Positions 1 through 8,437 of a stretch of DNA of 64,000 nt are shown piece by piece (position 1 is the stretch's first letter; the number at the start of each line of letters is the position of its first letter). The notes under the pieces are model-generated. The model did not search any database. It was not told where the DNA came from and saw nothing but the letters and a program-made list of their open reading frames with translations. The DNA is from SAR116 cluster bacterium AG-355-O21 (lineage in GTDB: Bacteria > Pseudomonadota > Alphaproteobacteria > Thalassobaculales > Thalassobaculaceae). Location: assembly GCA_003280605.1 (NCBI GenBank), contig QCEM01000003.1, forward strand, positions 24,210 to 88,209, in the 5' to 3' direction. The translations under genes and the position numbers were made by a program.

Positions 1-1
1 G

Positions 2-1462
2 AGCGGCCTGACGCTGGATGAGGCCGGTTTTATCGCTGTTACCGCATCGCTGCAGTCGGTATCGCATCCAGAGGTATTTGCCGCCGGTGATGTGGCCACG
101 ATCACCACCGACCCACGCCCAAAGGCCGGGGTCTATGCCGTGCGCGCGGGACCGGTGCTGGCGCAGAACATTCGCCGGTTCATCGCCGGTCAGCGCACCC
201 GTTCCTGGCGCCCCCAAACACGCGCGCTTGCAATCTTAGGCACTGCCGACGGCGGCGCAATTGCCATTCGTGGCAGCCATGCCAGCAGGTCGCGCCTTTG
301 GTGGTGGTTGAAAAAACGGATCGATCGCCGCTGGATCGCAAAATATACAGAGCTATCGATGCCACCCCCGACCACTGCCAACAGGCTTACCGGCATTAAT
401 GGCAGGACAAAACCAGCTGAACTAAAGGACCCAGCTTTCGAGCCGATGCGCTGCCTTGGCTGCGGCGCCAAAACAGGGCACGAGACGTTGGTGGCCGCGA
501 TGCGTGAGGCGACAGCAGCAGCCATTGCCCTTGGTGCCAACGCAGCACTAATGCCGCCCGATGGGCTGACTGAAGACTCGGCCGTCCTGGCGACCCCACA
601 AAGTGGCGAGATGGTGCAGTCGATCGATGTCATCTCCGAACTGGTGTCCGACCCTTTCATCCTTGGGCGGATTGCAGCCGTCCATGCGATGAGCGACATC
701 TACGCCGCTGGTGCTGTGCCGGTCTGGGCCATGGCCTCGGTCACGCTCGCTGCCGCGCGTGCCGATCTGCAGCAATCGCAACTGACGCAGCTGATGACGG
801 GTGGTCTTATGGCGCTAAGTGAAGCCGGGGCCCGGCTTATCGGGGGCCATACCGGCGAAAGCCAGGCACTCAATATCGGTTACGCCGTCACAGGCTGGCG
901 TGAGGTGCCGCCAGAGCTGCCGAATCTGCAGGACGATATCCGCCTGATATTGACCAAGCCGCTTGGCAGCGGTGTGATCATGGCAGCACATATGCAGCTC
1001 GCCGCCCGCGGCGAGTGGGTTGCCGGTGCCACCCGTTACATGGCTGAAGGTAATGGCCGCGCAGCTAAGATAATGGCCCCATACAGGCCCATGATGACCG
1101 ATGTGACCGGCTTTGGCCTGGCACGCCATGCGCTTAATCTGGCGGAACGCTGCGGCGCCGGCGGTGTGGAAATTTCAATGCCGGCCGTGCCTCTGATGGC
1201 GGGCGCGCAGTCCTGTCTGCAGGATGGACACCGATCGAGCTTGCATGAGATGAATCAGGCCTCCGTCCGAATGATTAACGAAGCTACCAGCCCAACACAG
1301 GCGGCAATCCTATTCGATCCGCAGACAAGCGGCGGGTTGCTGGCTGCGCTCCCTGCTGGCGTCGCGGAAAAGGTTTGTGCCGCCCTTGCCGACCAAGGGA
1401 CGCCAGCCAATATCGTAGGACGCCTGCAACCAGGCCAGAGCGGCCTGACGCTGCTGGCATAA
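2..1462 (+). CDS. selD: FAD/NAD(P)-dependent oxidoreductase fused to selenide, water dikinase (SelD); 5' end outside window
   Basis: The frame is open from the window edge (SGLTLDEAGFIAV..HPEVFAAGDVATI, the C-terminal GD FAD motif of pyridine-nucleotide-disulfide oxidoreductases). It runs without a stop into a SelD body (loop RCLGCGAKTG, AIR-synthase-like DVISELVSDP..HAMSDIYA). Track ORF 92..1462 is only the part after an internal Met. Confidence 0.85.
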   Translation, partial: SGLTLDEAGFIAVTASLQSVSHPEVFAAGDVATITTDPRPKAGVYAVRAGPVLAQNIRRFIAGQRTRSWRPQTRALAILGTADGGAIAIRGSHASRSRLWWWLKKRIDRRWIAKYTELSMPPPTTANRLTGINGRTKPAELKDPAFEPMRCLGCGAKTGHETLVAAMREATAAAIALGANAALMPPDGLTEDSAVLATPQSGEMVQSIDVISELVSDPFILGRIAAVHAMSDIYAAGAVPVWAMASVTLAAARADLQQSQLTQLMTGGLMALSEAGARLIGGHTGESQALNIGYAVTGWREVPPELPNLQDDIRLILTKPLGSGVIMAAHMQLAARGEWVAGATRYMAEGNGRAAKIMAPYRPMMTDVTGFGLARHALNLAERCGAGGVEISMPAVPLMAGAQSCLQDGHRSSLHEMNQASVRMINEATSPTQAAILFDPQTSGGLLAALPAGVAEKVCAALADQGTPANIVGRLQPGQSGLTLLA

Positions 1463-1473
1463 GGACGGAATAG

Positions 1474-2529
1474 ATGGCACCGCCGATCAAACGCAAAAGT
1501 GACTGGCAGTCACAGAACTTCAGCATGATTATCGATGTGCGCTCGGATAGCGAATATGCCGACGACCACATCCCGGGTGCGGTCAGCATGCCGGTGCTAA
1601 ACGACGCCGAACGCGCTGAGATCGGCACCATGTACAAGCAGGTTGGTGCTTTCGAAGCGAAACGGCGCGGCGCGGCATTGGTGGCACGCAATATTTCGCG
1701 CCATCTTGAGGATAAGTTATGCGACGCGCCAAAGAGTTTTGTGCCGCTCATCTATTGCTGGCGTGGCGGCCAGCGAAGTCGCGCGATGGCCCACATCTTT
1801 AGCGAAATTGGCTGGCAGGTGACGCTGATCGACGGCGGCTACAAAACCTACCGCAAACAGGTGCTGGACGGGTTAAATGACATCCCCAGCACATTGCGCC
1901 TCATCATCCTTCGTGGGCGCACTGGCACGGCAAAAACCAGGATTTTGCGCGCTGCCGCAAACAGTGGCGCGCAGGTGATCGATCTTGAAGGGCTGGCCGC
2001 GCATCGTGGCTCGCTTCTGGGGTCGGAGCCGGGTATGGCGCAGCCATCACAGCGGATGTTTGAATCGAAACTGTTCGACGTCTTACGGCAACTCGACCCG
2101 GCGTATCCGGTTTTCATCGAGGCCGAGAGTAACAAGATTGGTGCCTGTCAGGTGCCCCCAGGATTGTGGCGCGCCATGCGATGTGCCCTTTCACTGCAGG
2201 TGACCGCACCGCTGCCGGCGCGCGTATCCTTCCTTCTTGACGACTACCAACATATGGTCGGCGAACCTGATCGTCTTGACCCGCTTTTGCAGTGGGTCAC
2301 AAAACGAATAGGGCATGACGCTGCCGGGCGCTGGCGTGCGGCTATCGACGCCGGCGACTGGGCTGGCTTTGTGACCCATGTTCTGGAAGATCATTATGAC
2401 CCAGCCTATGACCGGTCGGCCGCAACGCGCGGTCATCAGGATATAGAGATTCTTCAGACCGACAGCCTTGATGACCAGGCAGTGGCCCATCTTGCCGCAA
2501 AGCTGGCGGCAATAGGCGAGACACGCTAG
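1474..2529 (+). CDS. selU: tRNA 2-selenouridine synthase (SelU/MnmH)
   Basis: Rhodanese domain (IDVRSDSEYADDHIPGAVSMP, catalytic CWRGGQRS) followed by a P-loop (GRTGTAKT). It starts 11 nt after the selD stop. Confidence 0.85.
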   Translation: MAPPIKRKSDWQSQNFSMIIDVRSDSEYADDHIPGAVSMPVLNDAERAEIGTMYKQVGAFEAKRRGAALVARNISRHLEDKLCDAPKSFVPLIYCWRGGQRSRAMAHIFSEIGWQVTLIDGGYKTYRKQVLDGLNDIPSTLRLIILRGRTGTAKTRILRAAANSGAQVIDLEGLAAHRGSLLGSEPGMAQPSQRMFESKLFDVLRQLDPAYPVFIEAESNKIGACQVPPGLWRAMRCALSLQVTAPLPARVSFLLDDYQHMVGEPDRLDPLLQWVTKRIGHDAAGRWRAAIDAGDWAGFVTHVLEDHYDPAYDRSAATRGHQDIEILQTDSLDDQAVAHLAAKLAAIGETR

Positions 2530-2745
2530 GCGACACGTTGGTCGGGGATCGCTGCCGATAGTTGGCCTGGGTACATGTCAAAATCAACGGCGAGCTTCTG
2601 ATTGGCCATGTTTCAATCGAGACGTAATGGCGTCATGTCAGTTAAGTTTGTTTTAAACTGTTCGACAATGGGTCAACAAAGTTAAGCCAACACCCGGCCA
2701 TGGTTCTCGGGATCTCGATGCGTGCTACTTCTAGAGGAGAAAACG

Positions 2746-2919
2746 ATGCTTAATTGGCCAACCCGAAAGAAGCTGCCAGACTCACCATCTGAGCCGGCGC
2801 CTAGTCTGGTCGATCAAGTGGTCGCCCTGCGCCAACAGGGCCTCGGCACCGACGCCATCGCCGCCCAATTGGGGATTTCACCGGTCACGGTGATGCAATC
2901 CTTACGCTGGGGTTTTTAG
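2746..2919 (+). CDS. Small hypothetical protein with a helix-turn-helix-like C-terminus
   Basis: The ATG is preceded by GAGGAG at good spacing. The 57 aa end in LRQQGLGTDAIAAQLGISPVTVMQSL, which looks like an HTH. No family recognised. Confidence 0.35.
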   Translation: MLNWPTRKKLPDSPSEPAPSLVDQVVALRQQGLGTDAIAAQLGISPVTVMQSLRWGF

Positions 2920-2948
2920 CCGTGTTTTTTGCTTGGGGAGTTTGAGCC

Positions 2949-3677
2949 ATGGACCAACGAAAACAAGCGCGCATTGATCTTGCGGCGATTCTTCGCTGGT
3001 CGGCGCGCCTGGGCCTAAACGAGGGCGTCGACAACCATTTCAGCGTGCTCGTGCCTGGCACGGAGGATCGCTTCATCATCAATCCCCACCGCCGTCATTG
3101 GCGTGATATGCGCGCCTCGGACCTGGTCGAGGTGGATGGTGACGGCAATTTGGTGGTTGGCGACGAGCCGCCCGAAGCGACGGCGTTTTTAATCCATTGG
3201 CGCATTCATACCCAATGTGGCCACGCGAAGGCGATCCTGCACGCCCACATGCCCTATGCCACCGCACTCAGCGCACTGGAGGGCGGCCGCCTGGAGCCAA
3301 TCGTTCAACCAGCGCTAAAATTCCATAATCAGATCGCCTATGATGACGCGTATAATGGCTTGGCCCTGGACACCGCTGAGGGCGACCGTTTGGCGCATGC
3401 CTTGGCAGACAAGCGCATCGCTATTCTGGCCAATCATGGGGTGATCACCACCGGCCCCACGGTAGCTCACGCATTTAATGATCTCTATTACTTGGAGCGC
3501 GCCGCGCAGGCCCAAGTGCTGGCCTATTCAACTGGTCGGCCAGTTCAGCGCATCCCGAAATCAGTCTGCGAGACGACGTTTCAACAGATGCAGGCGGACC
3601 GCGATGACCAGGCCAGCCGTTTTCTCGCTGAGATCAAACGCCTACTGGATAAAGAAGAACCTGATTACGCGCACTGA
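2949..3677 (+). CDS. Class II aldolase/adducin family protein
   Basis: NHFSVLVPG..FIINP, EATAFLIHWRIH and ILHAHMPYATALS are typical of the class II aldolase/adducin N-terminal domain. Confidence 0.8.
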   Translation: MDQRKQARIDLAAILRWSARLGLNEGVDNHFSVLVPGTEDRFIINPHRRHWRDMRASDLVEVDGDGNLVVGDEPPEATAFLIHWRIHTQCGHAKAILHAHMPYATALSALEGGRLEPIVQPALKFHNQIAYDDAYNGLALDTAEGDRLAHALADKRIAILANHGVITTGPTVAHAFNDLYYLERAAQAQVLAYSTGRPVQRIPKSVCETTFQQMQADRDDQASRFLAEIKRLLDKEEPDYAH

Positions 3678-3741
3678 TCGGGGTGGTGGCGCACAAAACC
3701 ATCAGCAGCCGGTAATTGCGGCGAATGGTCGAGACAGAACA

Positions 3742-4374
3742 ATGAAGAAAAAATGGATTTTAATTGCAGCACTTATTGGCCTTGTTCTCATTGGCGCAAT
3801 TGCTGCGGGGCCGATTATGAGTGATGTGGAAACGCCAAAATACCAAGTCTTAGAAACCCAGGGGAATATTGAGATCAGAAGATATGACCCCATGATCATC
3901 GCTGAAGTACAGATGCGCGGCACCCGCAAAACGGCGGTTGGAAATGGCTTTCGTCTGCTTGCTGACTACATCTTTGGAAATAACGTCGCAAAGCGAACCG
4001 GCCCGATGACTGCACAGGCTCAGCCGCGCAAAAGTTTAAAAATTGCAATGACGGCGCCTGTCCAGCAGCAGCGCGCCAATGACATTTGGCAGATTAGTTT
4101 CGTGATGCCCTCAACATACACAATGGCAACACTGCCTGAGCCAGCGAATAAACGGGTCGCGTTGAAAGTCCAAAATTCGCGGCTTTATGCGGCCATTTCA
4201 TTTTCTGGCCTGAATTCCGATGACAATATTCAAAAGCACGAAAAAGTGTTGATGGCGCATTTACAGAAAAACAATATCAACGTCACTGGCCAGCCTAAAT
4301 ACGCTTTTTACAACCCACCATGGACTTTGCCTTTTATGCGTCGTAATGAGGTATTGGTAGAGATCATTAATTGA
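3742..4374 (+). CDS. SOUL/HEBP heme-binding family protein with N-terminal membrane anchor or signal
   Basis: MKKKWILIAALIGLVLIGAIAAGP is followed by ETPKYQVLETQGNIEIRRYDPMIIAEV and a C-terminal YNPPWTLPFMRRNEV, the SOUL pattern. The longer track ORF from 3478 overlaps the upstream gene. Confidence 0.75.
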   Translation: MKKKWILIAALIGLVLIGAIAAGPIMSDVETPKYQVLETQGNIEIRRYDPMIIAEVQMRGTRKTAVGNGFRLLADYIFGNNVAKRTGPMTAQAQPRKSLKIAMTAPVQQQRANDIWQISFVMPSTYTMATLPEPANKRVALKVQNSRLYAAISFSGLNSDDNIQKHEKVLMAHLQKNNINVTGQPKYAFYNPPWTLPFMRRNEVLVEIIN

Positions 4375-4585
4375 TGCCCGATATTGATACATCGCGCACG
4401 TTGTTTAAAGAGTCGGCCTCGGCTTGTAGTCCGTGGCCAAGCCGGAGCGATGGATCACCTGCTGTCCGTTGCCGCTATGCGAGCTTATGACGGCCACCAA
4501 CCCTGCGACAGCGAAGCTGGCAGCGGGGGTGAGGGCCAGATGATTTAAATCGCCACTGAGCGGGCGACTGAGTGGTGCTGGAAGG

Positions 4586-5050
4586 ATGAAAAGGAACGTC
4601 TAACAATAAAGTATCTAGGTTCGCCAAGGACTTTCACACTGGCGATGCTTTTGCGCTTGGGAAGAAAACTGTGACGTTGTCGGATATCAAGAGTTTTGCC
4701 GAAAAACATAATCCCTTTCCCTTTCATCTCAGTGAAGAAGTGGGCGAGAAAACTATCTTTGGTGGCTTAATTTCCAGTGGGTGGCAAACCGCTTTAATTT
4801 GGCTGGGTATGATGCACGAAACTATTTTGTCTTTCGACACCGTCATGGGGTCACCTGGTCACGGCGCTTCGAACTGGAAGAACCCTGTAAGGCCAGGTGA
4901 CACATTACGTGGCCGAAGGGATATATTAGAAAGCAAAATATTAAAATCTCGTTCCCAGATTGGCTTTGTTAAATATAAAGCTGAATTGATAAATCAGAAC
5001 GATAAGTAGGGTTTTTCACCGAAAACACTGTAATTTTGCGAAAAAAATGA
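4586..5050 (+). pseudogene. MaoC-like (hot-dog fold) dehydratase, apparently disrupted by two frameshifts
   Basis: Track ORF 4671..5009 carries a MaoC-like core (SDIKSFAEKHNPFPFHL.., VRPGDTLRG). Homology-like sequence continues upstream (VSRFAKDFHTGDAFALGKKTV) with no start codon in frame; ATG 4586 (MKRNV) is one base out of frame. The expected C-terminus (FFTENTVILRKK, stop at 5048-5050) is also in another frame. Confidence 0.55.
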
Positions 5051-5083
5051 CCCCTGATCAATCGGACTGATAAACTTCGCTTC

Positions 5084-5137
5084 ATAGCCCGCCGTTTTTA
5101 TGTCGGTGGGTATAGCTGCCCAAAAACGATGTGGAGG
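5084..5137 (+). repeat. Copy 1 of a ~55-nt conserved leader element, ending in the SD of the DUF1330 gene
   Basis: ATAGCCCGCCGTTTTTATGTCGGTGGGTATAGCTGCCCAAAAACGATGTGGAGG. About 42 of 55 positions are identical to copy 2 in my hand alignment. It contains the hairpin GGGTA-TAGC-TGCCC. Confidence 0.7.
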
Positions 5138-5142
5138 CATGT

Positions 5143-5532
5143 ATGCTCAACACCAACGCTTGTGAAATCGAGATCATCAAGCAAATCGCCGGATCGGCTG
5201 ACGACGGCCCGGTGTTGATGCTTAATCTCAACAAATATTACAAAGATGCGGGCTATCCGGATCAAGGCGTCTACCACGAATACATGTCCTTCGTCCCAAA
5301 GCTCCTCGATCTGGTTGGCGCTAAAATTATTTGGCAGGTGCCGACCTTGGGTCAGCCCGTTGGAGAGCAAGACATCGATGAGATCATCGCCTTTTGGTAC
5401 CCAAGCCATCGAGCGTTTTTAGACCTGACCAAAACCGAGCTATCGGAAAAAAATTTCGACCTTCGGCGCCGGGCGATTGAATATGGCGTGATTCATCGAT
5501 GCCCTGACGATGTGATCCCAAAACCGTCGTGA
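5143..5532 (+). CDS. DUF1330-like protein (dimeric alpha/beta-barrel type)
   Basis: GGAGG lies 5 nt upstream of ATG 5143. PVLMLNLNKYY..YHEYM..IAFWYPSHRAF..RRRAI fits the DUF1330 pattern as I remember it. Confidence 0.55.
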   Translation: MLNTNACEIEIIKQIAGSADDGPVLMLNLNKYYKDAGYPDQGVYHEYMSFVPKLLDLVGAKIIWQVPTLGQPVGEQDIDEIIAFWYPSHRAFLDLTKTELSEKNFDLRRRAIEYGVIHRCPDDVIPKPS

Positions 5533-5584
5533 GCGAATGTCGCACCGATCAAAAGAAGTGCGTCAGTTTGAGGCGCTGCCGCAA

Positions 5585-5639
5585 ATAGCTCCCTCTCTTT
5601 TATATCGGTGGGCATAGCTGCCCGAGAATGATATGGCGG
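5585..5639 (+). repeat. Copy 2 of the ~55-nt leader element, with no well-placed start codon behind it
   Basis: ATAGCTCCCTCTCTTTTATATCGGTGGGCATAGCTGCCCGAGAATGATATGGCGG. Same orientation as copy 1, with the hairpin GGGCA-TAGC-TGCCC. Confidence 0.7.
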
Positions 5640-5730
5640 GACCAGCCTCCAGCCCGGGCCGCTGCAAGTCGCGTAGACGTATAGATCGCGCCCATTTCCG
5701 CAGTAAAATATTGCGGGTAATACACCCTCC

Positions 5731-5985
5731 ATGTTGACCGACCGCACGCAGATCGCAAAGTTGACAAGCTTTGCCAATGAACTTGAAGCGCTCCAGCGAA
5801 AAATTAGGCCGGCACAAGAGGAGATTAAGCAGCGTGGTGATCTGCGCTTGATCAGCCGGCCCTGGGAAGCCGCTGGCAAGCCGATGAAGTGTAACGCAAC
5901 GGTGCCCCCGCATGTGCAGATTCAAGGTTTACCCTTGCAAGCGCTTGTCAGTAGGCTGGATAGCGTCGTCGGAATGACGGGCTAA
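5731..5985 (+). CDS. Hypothetical 84-aa ORF (doubtful)
   Basis: It is the only forward ORF in a 465-bp gap. It has no SD and no recognisable domain, and it ends 12 nt before the hydrolase start. Confidence 0.2.
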   Translation: MLTDRTQIAKLTSFANELEALQRKIRPAQEEIKQRGDLRLISRPWEAAGKPMKCNATVPPHVQIQGLPLQALVSRLDSVVGMTG

Positions 5986-5997
5986 GAGGAAATTTTA

Positions 5998-6813
5998 ATG
6001 AAAACGCTTCGCGTCAACGATTACGATATGGCCTATCTCGACATTGGGCAGGGATTGCCTTTGGTGTGCGTACACGGGTCACTGAATGATTTTCGCGCCT
6101 GGATGCCGGTGTTGGGGCCCCTATCGTCATACCATCGATTAATCGTCCCGAGCCTCCGTCATTATTTCCCTGAGCAGTGGGACGGCCAAGGCGGCAAGTT
6201 TAAAATGGCGCAGCATGTGGACGATGTGATCGCTTTTGTCGAAGGGCTGGGTTTGGGCCCCGTCGATCTGCTTGGCCATTCCCGGGGCGGTCATGTCGCG
6301 TTTCGCGTGGCGCTGAAACGCCCGGACCTGATCTGTAAGCTGGTTTTAGCGGAGCCGGGCGGCACGCTTGAGGATGCGCTGATGCCCGACAATGCCGATG
6401 ACGGAGCGCCGGCGGCGGGCTCACGGGCGCATTTGGCGGAAGTAACTGAAAAAATCGCGGCAGGCGATCTTGAGGGCGGGTTACGCGCATTTATCGATGG
6501 TATTAATGGGCCCGGAGCCTGGGATATTCTGCCGGCGTCGGATCGACAAATGCGGAAAGATAATGCGTATACCCTGATGGCCCAGATTGACGAAGGCCGC
6601 CAGCCTTATACACGGGCTGAAGCTGAAGCCGTCTCGCGACCGACCCTGTTTGTCGGCGGTGCAGATACGCCCGGCATTCTGCCAATCATTCTGCGCGCGT
6701 TGGCGGCTCATGTGCCTGGTGCCAAGACGATCATCATTTCCGACGCCGGGCGCAGTATGTTCCGACAACAACCAAAAGCATCCTGCGATGCCGTGCTGCC
6801 GTTTCTGAATTAG
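5998..6813 (+). CDS. Alpha/beta hydrolase
   Basis: SD GAGGAA upstream. Oxyanion-region HGSLND and nucleophile elbow GHSRGG. Confidence 0.8.
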   Translation: MKTLRVNDYDMAYLDIGQGLPLVCVHGSLNDFRAWMPVLGPLSSYHRLIVPSLRHYFPEQWDGQGGKFKMAQHVDDVIAFVEGLGLGPVDLLGHSRGGHVAFRVALKRPDLICKLVLAEPGGTLEDALMPDNADDGAPAAGSRAHLAEVTEKIAAGDLEGGLRAFIDGINGPGAWDILPASDRQMRKDNAYTLMAQIDEGRQPYTRAEAEAVSRPTLFVGGADTPGILPIILRALAAHVPGAKTIIISDAGRSMFRQQPKASCDAVLPFLN

Positions 6814-7082
6814 GGCGCTGCGAAAACGCCACACAAGCTAACAATTCATGTGGGCTAAAATGTGGTACAGAAAGACGATATTTTTATTTAATTGTTATTT
6901 TACAATGGATAAATAGAAAAAATGCCGGACATCCTCTCCTCCATTTTCTTTATTTCTCATAGGCCATCCGCCACCTACCCGTCCCCGACAGGCGCGGTGA
7001 GGATCACTGCGCTATGGTTCTGCGGCAGCTATTTGATCACACCGGTCACAAAGCCGGCGCGGTGCTAACGCCGCGATAGCAC

Positions 7083-7265
7083 TTGCAAGCACGTCGCCGC
7101 TGCGCTCACTATGGCGATATATTTACGGCGGCAGATACCTGGTCACAGTCTTATGAGCCATCAAATTACGCCGATCCGATGAGCGCGGGTTTGCTGGCCG
7201 GCAGCATGACCTTGTGGGCCGCCCACAAGCCAGTAGACCGTTGCAGGGGAGATTTTAAACCATGA
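7083..7265 (+). CDS. Small ORF translationally coupled to the amidase. It may be an AtzG/HpxX-like subunit, a split-off amidase N-terminus, or spurious.
   Basis: 60 codons from a TTG start. Its TGA overlaps the amidase ATG (ATGA). No motif securely recognised. Confidence 0.3.
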   Translation: MQARRRCAHYGDIFTAADTWSQSYEPSNYADPMSAGLLAGSMTLWAAHKPVDRCRGDFKP

Positions 7266-8437
7266 CCGACGATCCAATTGGGGCCTTTATCCCTGGGGTG
7301 CGGGCGACCGCCACCGGCGCCGCTCAGGGGCCGCTCAGCGGCTTACGCTTCGCTGCTAAAGATTTATTTGATGTTGCCGGCCATATCACCGGCGGCGGCA
7401 ATCCGGCTTGGGCCGCAGGTCAGTCACCGGCCAAAGAAAATGCCTGGGCGGTGGCCACACTGCTGGCCGCCGGCGCTGACCTTGCCGGTAAAACCATCAC
7501 CGATGAAGTATCGCTGGGCATTCTTGGGGAAAACGCTTTTTTCGGCACCCCGCTTAACAGTGCCGCACCAAACCATGTGCCCGGCGGCTCATCCTCCGGC
7601 TCAGCGGCAGCGGTTGCCGCCGGTCTTGTTGATATCGCCCTCGGCACCGATACCGGCGGCTCGGTCCGGGTGCCAGCAAGCTTTTGCGGCCTTTATGGCA
7701 TTCGGCCAAGCCATGGCCGGGTGCCTGTCGACGGCATGCTGCCGCAGGCACCGAGTTCCGATACCACCGGCTGGTTTGCCCGTGACGCCGGCACTTTTGC
7801 AAACGTCTCGGCGGTGATGTTAGCTGACAGCGGTGGCAGCCTGCCGAAACGTCTTGTCATCGCCGAGGATGCTTTTGGCTTTGCAGAGGACGCCGTACAC
7901 GATGCCTTGATGCCGGCACTTGATCGTCTCAGCCGCTTGGTTGACAGCGTCGTTGAGGAGGTAATGGCCCCGCCCGGGTTGTCGGTCTGGGGACGCGCCC
8001 AGCGCACCCTGCAACCTGCCGAAGCTTGGCTGACCTTTCGTGATTGGCTTGACCGCGATAACCCACCGCTTGCCTTCAATGTGGCGCGCGGCTTAATCAT
8101 GGGCTCGATGATCGCCGACAGCGATCGGCAATGGGCCGGTTTGATGCGCCGCGAAGCACGTGCGCGGCTGCGGGCCTTGGTGCCGCCCGGCACTGTGCTC
8201 GCCATGCCGACCACACCGTTTGCGGCACCACTCAAGGGCTTGCCCCTAGCGGATCAAAACGCCCTTAGGGAGCAGATTTTATGCCTGTGCGCACATGGCG
8301 GATTGGCCGGACTGCCGCAAATTAATGTCCCTGGCGCACAGCTCAGCGATGGCCGGCCAATTGGCCTATCACTTTTGACCAGCCCCGGGTACGATATGGA
8401 TTTGGTGCGCTTGGCGGAAGTTTTGGAGACACGGTGA
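7262..8437 (+). CDS. Amidase-signature (AS) family amidase
   Basis: FAAKDLFDVAGHITGGG plus the AS motif GGSSSGSAAAVAAG..ALGTDTGGSVRVPASFCG. Confidence 0.85.
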   Translation: MTDDPIGAFIPGVRATATGAAQGPLSGLRFAAKDLFDVAGHITGGGNPAWAAGQSPAKENAWAVATLLAAGADLAGKTITDEVSLGILGENAFFGTPLNSAAPNHVPGGSSSGSAAAVAAGLVDIALGTDTGGSVRVPASFCGLYGIRPSHGRVPVDGMLPQAPSSDTTGWFARDAGTFANVSAVMLADSGGSLPKRLVIAEDAFGFAEDAVHDALMPALDRLSRLVDSVVEEVMAPPGLSVWGRAQRTLQPAEAWLTFRDWLDRDNPPLAFNVARGLIMGSMIADSDRQWAGLMRREARARLRALVPPGTVLAMPTTPFAAPLKGLPLADQNALREQILCLCAHGGLAGLPQINVPGAQLSDGRPIGLSLLTSPGYDMDLVRLAEVLETR

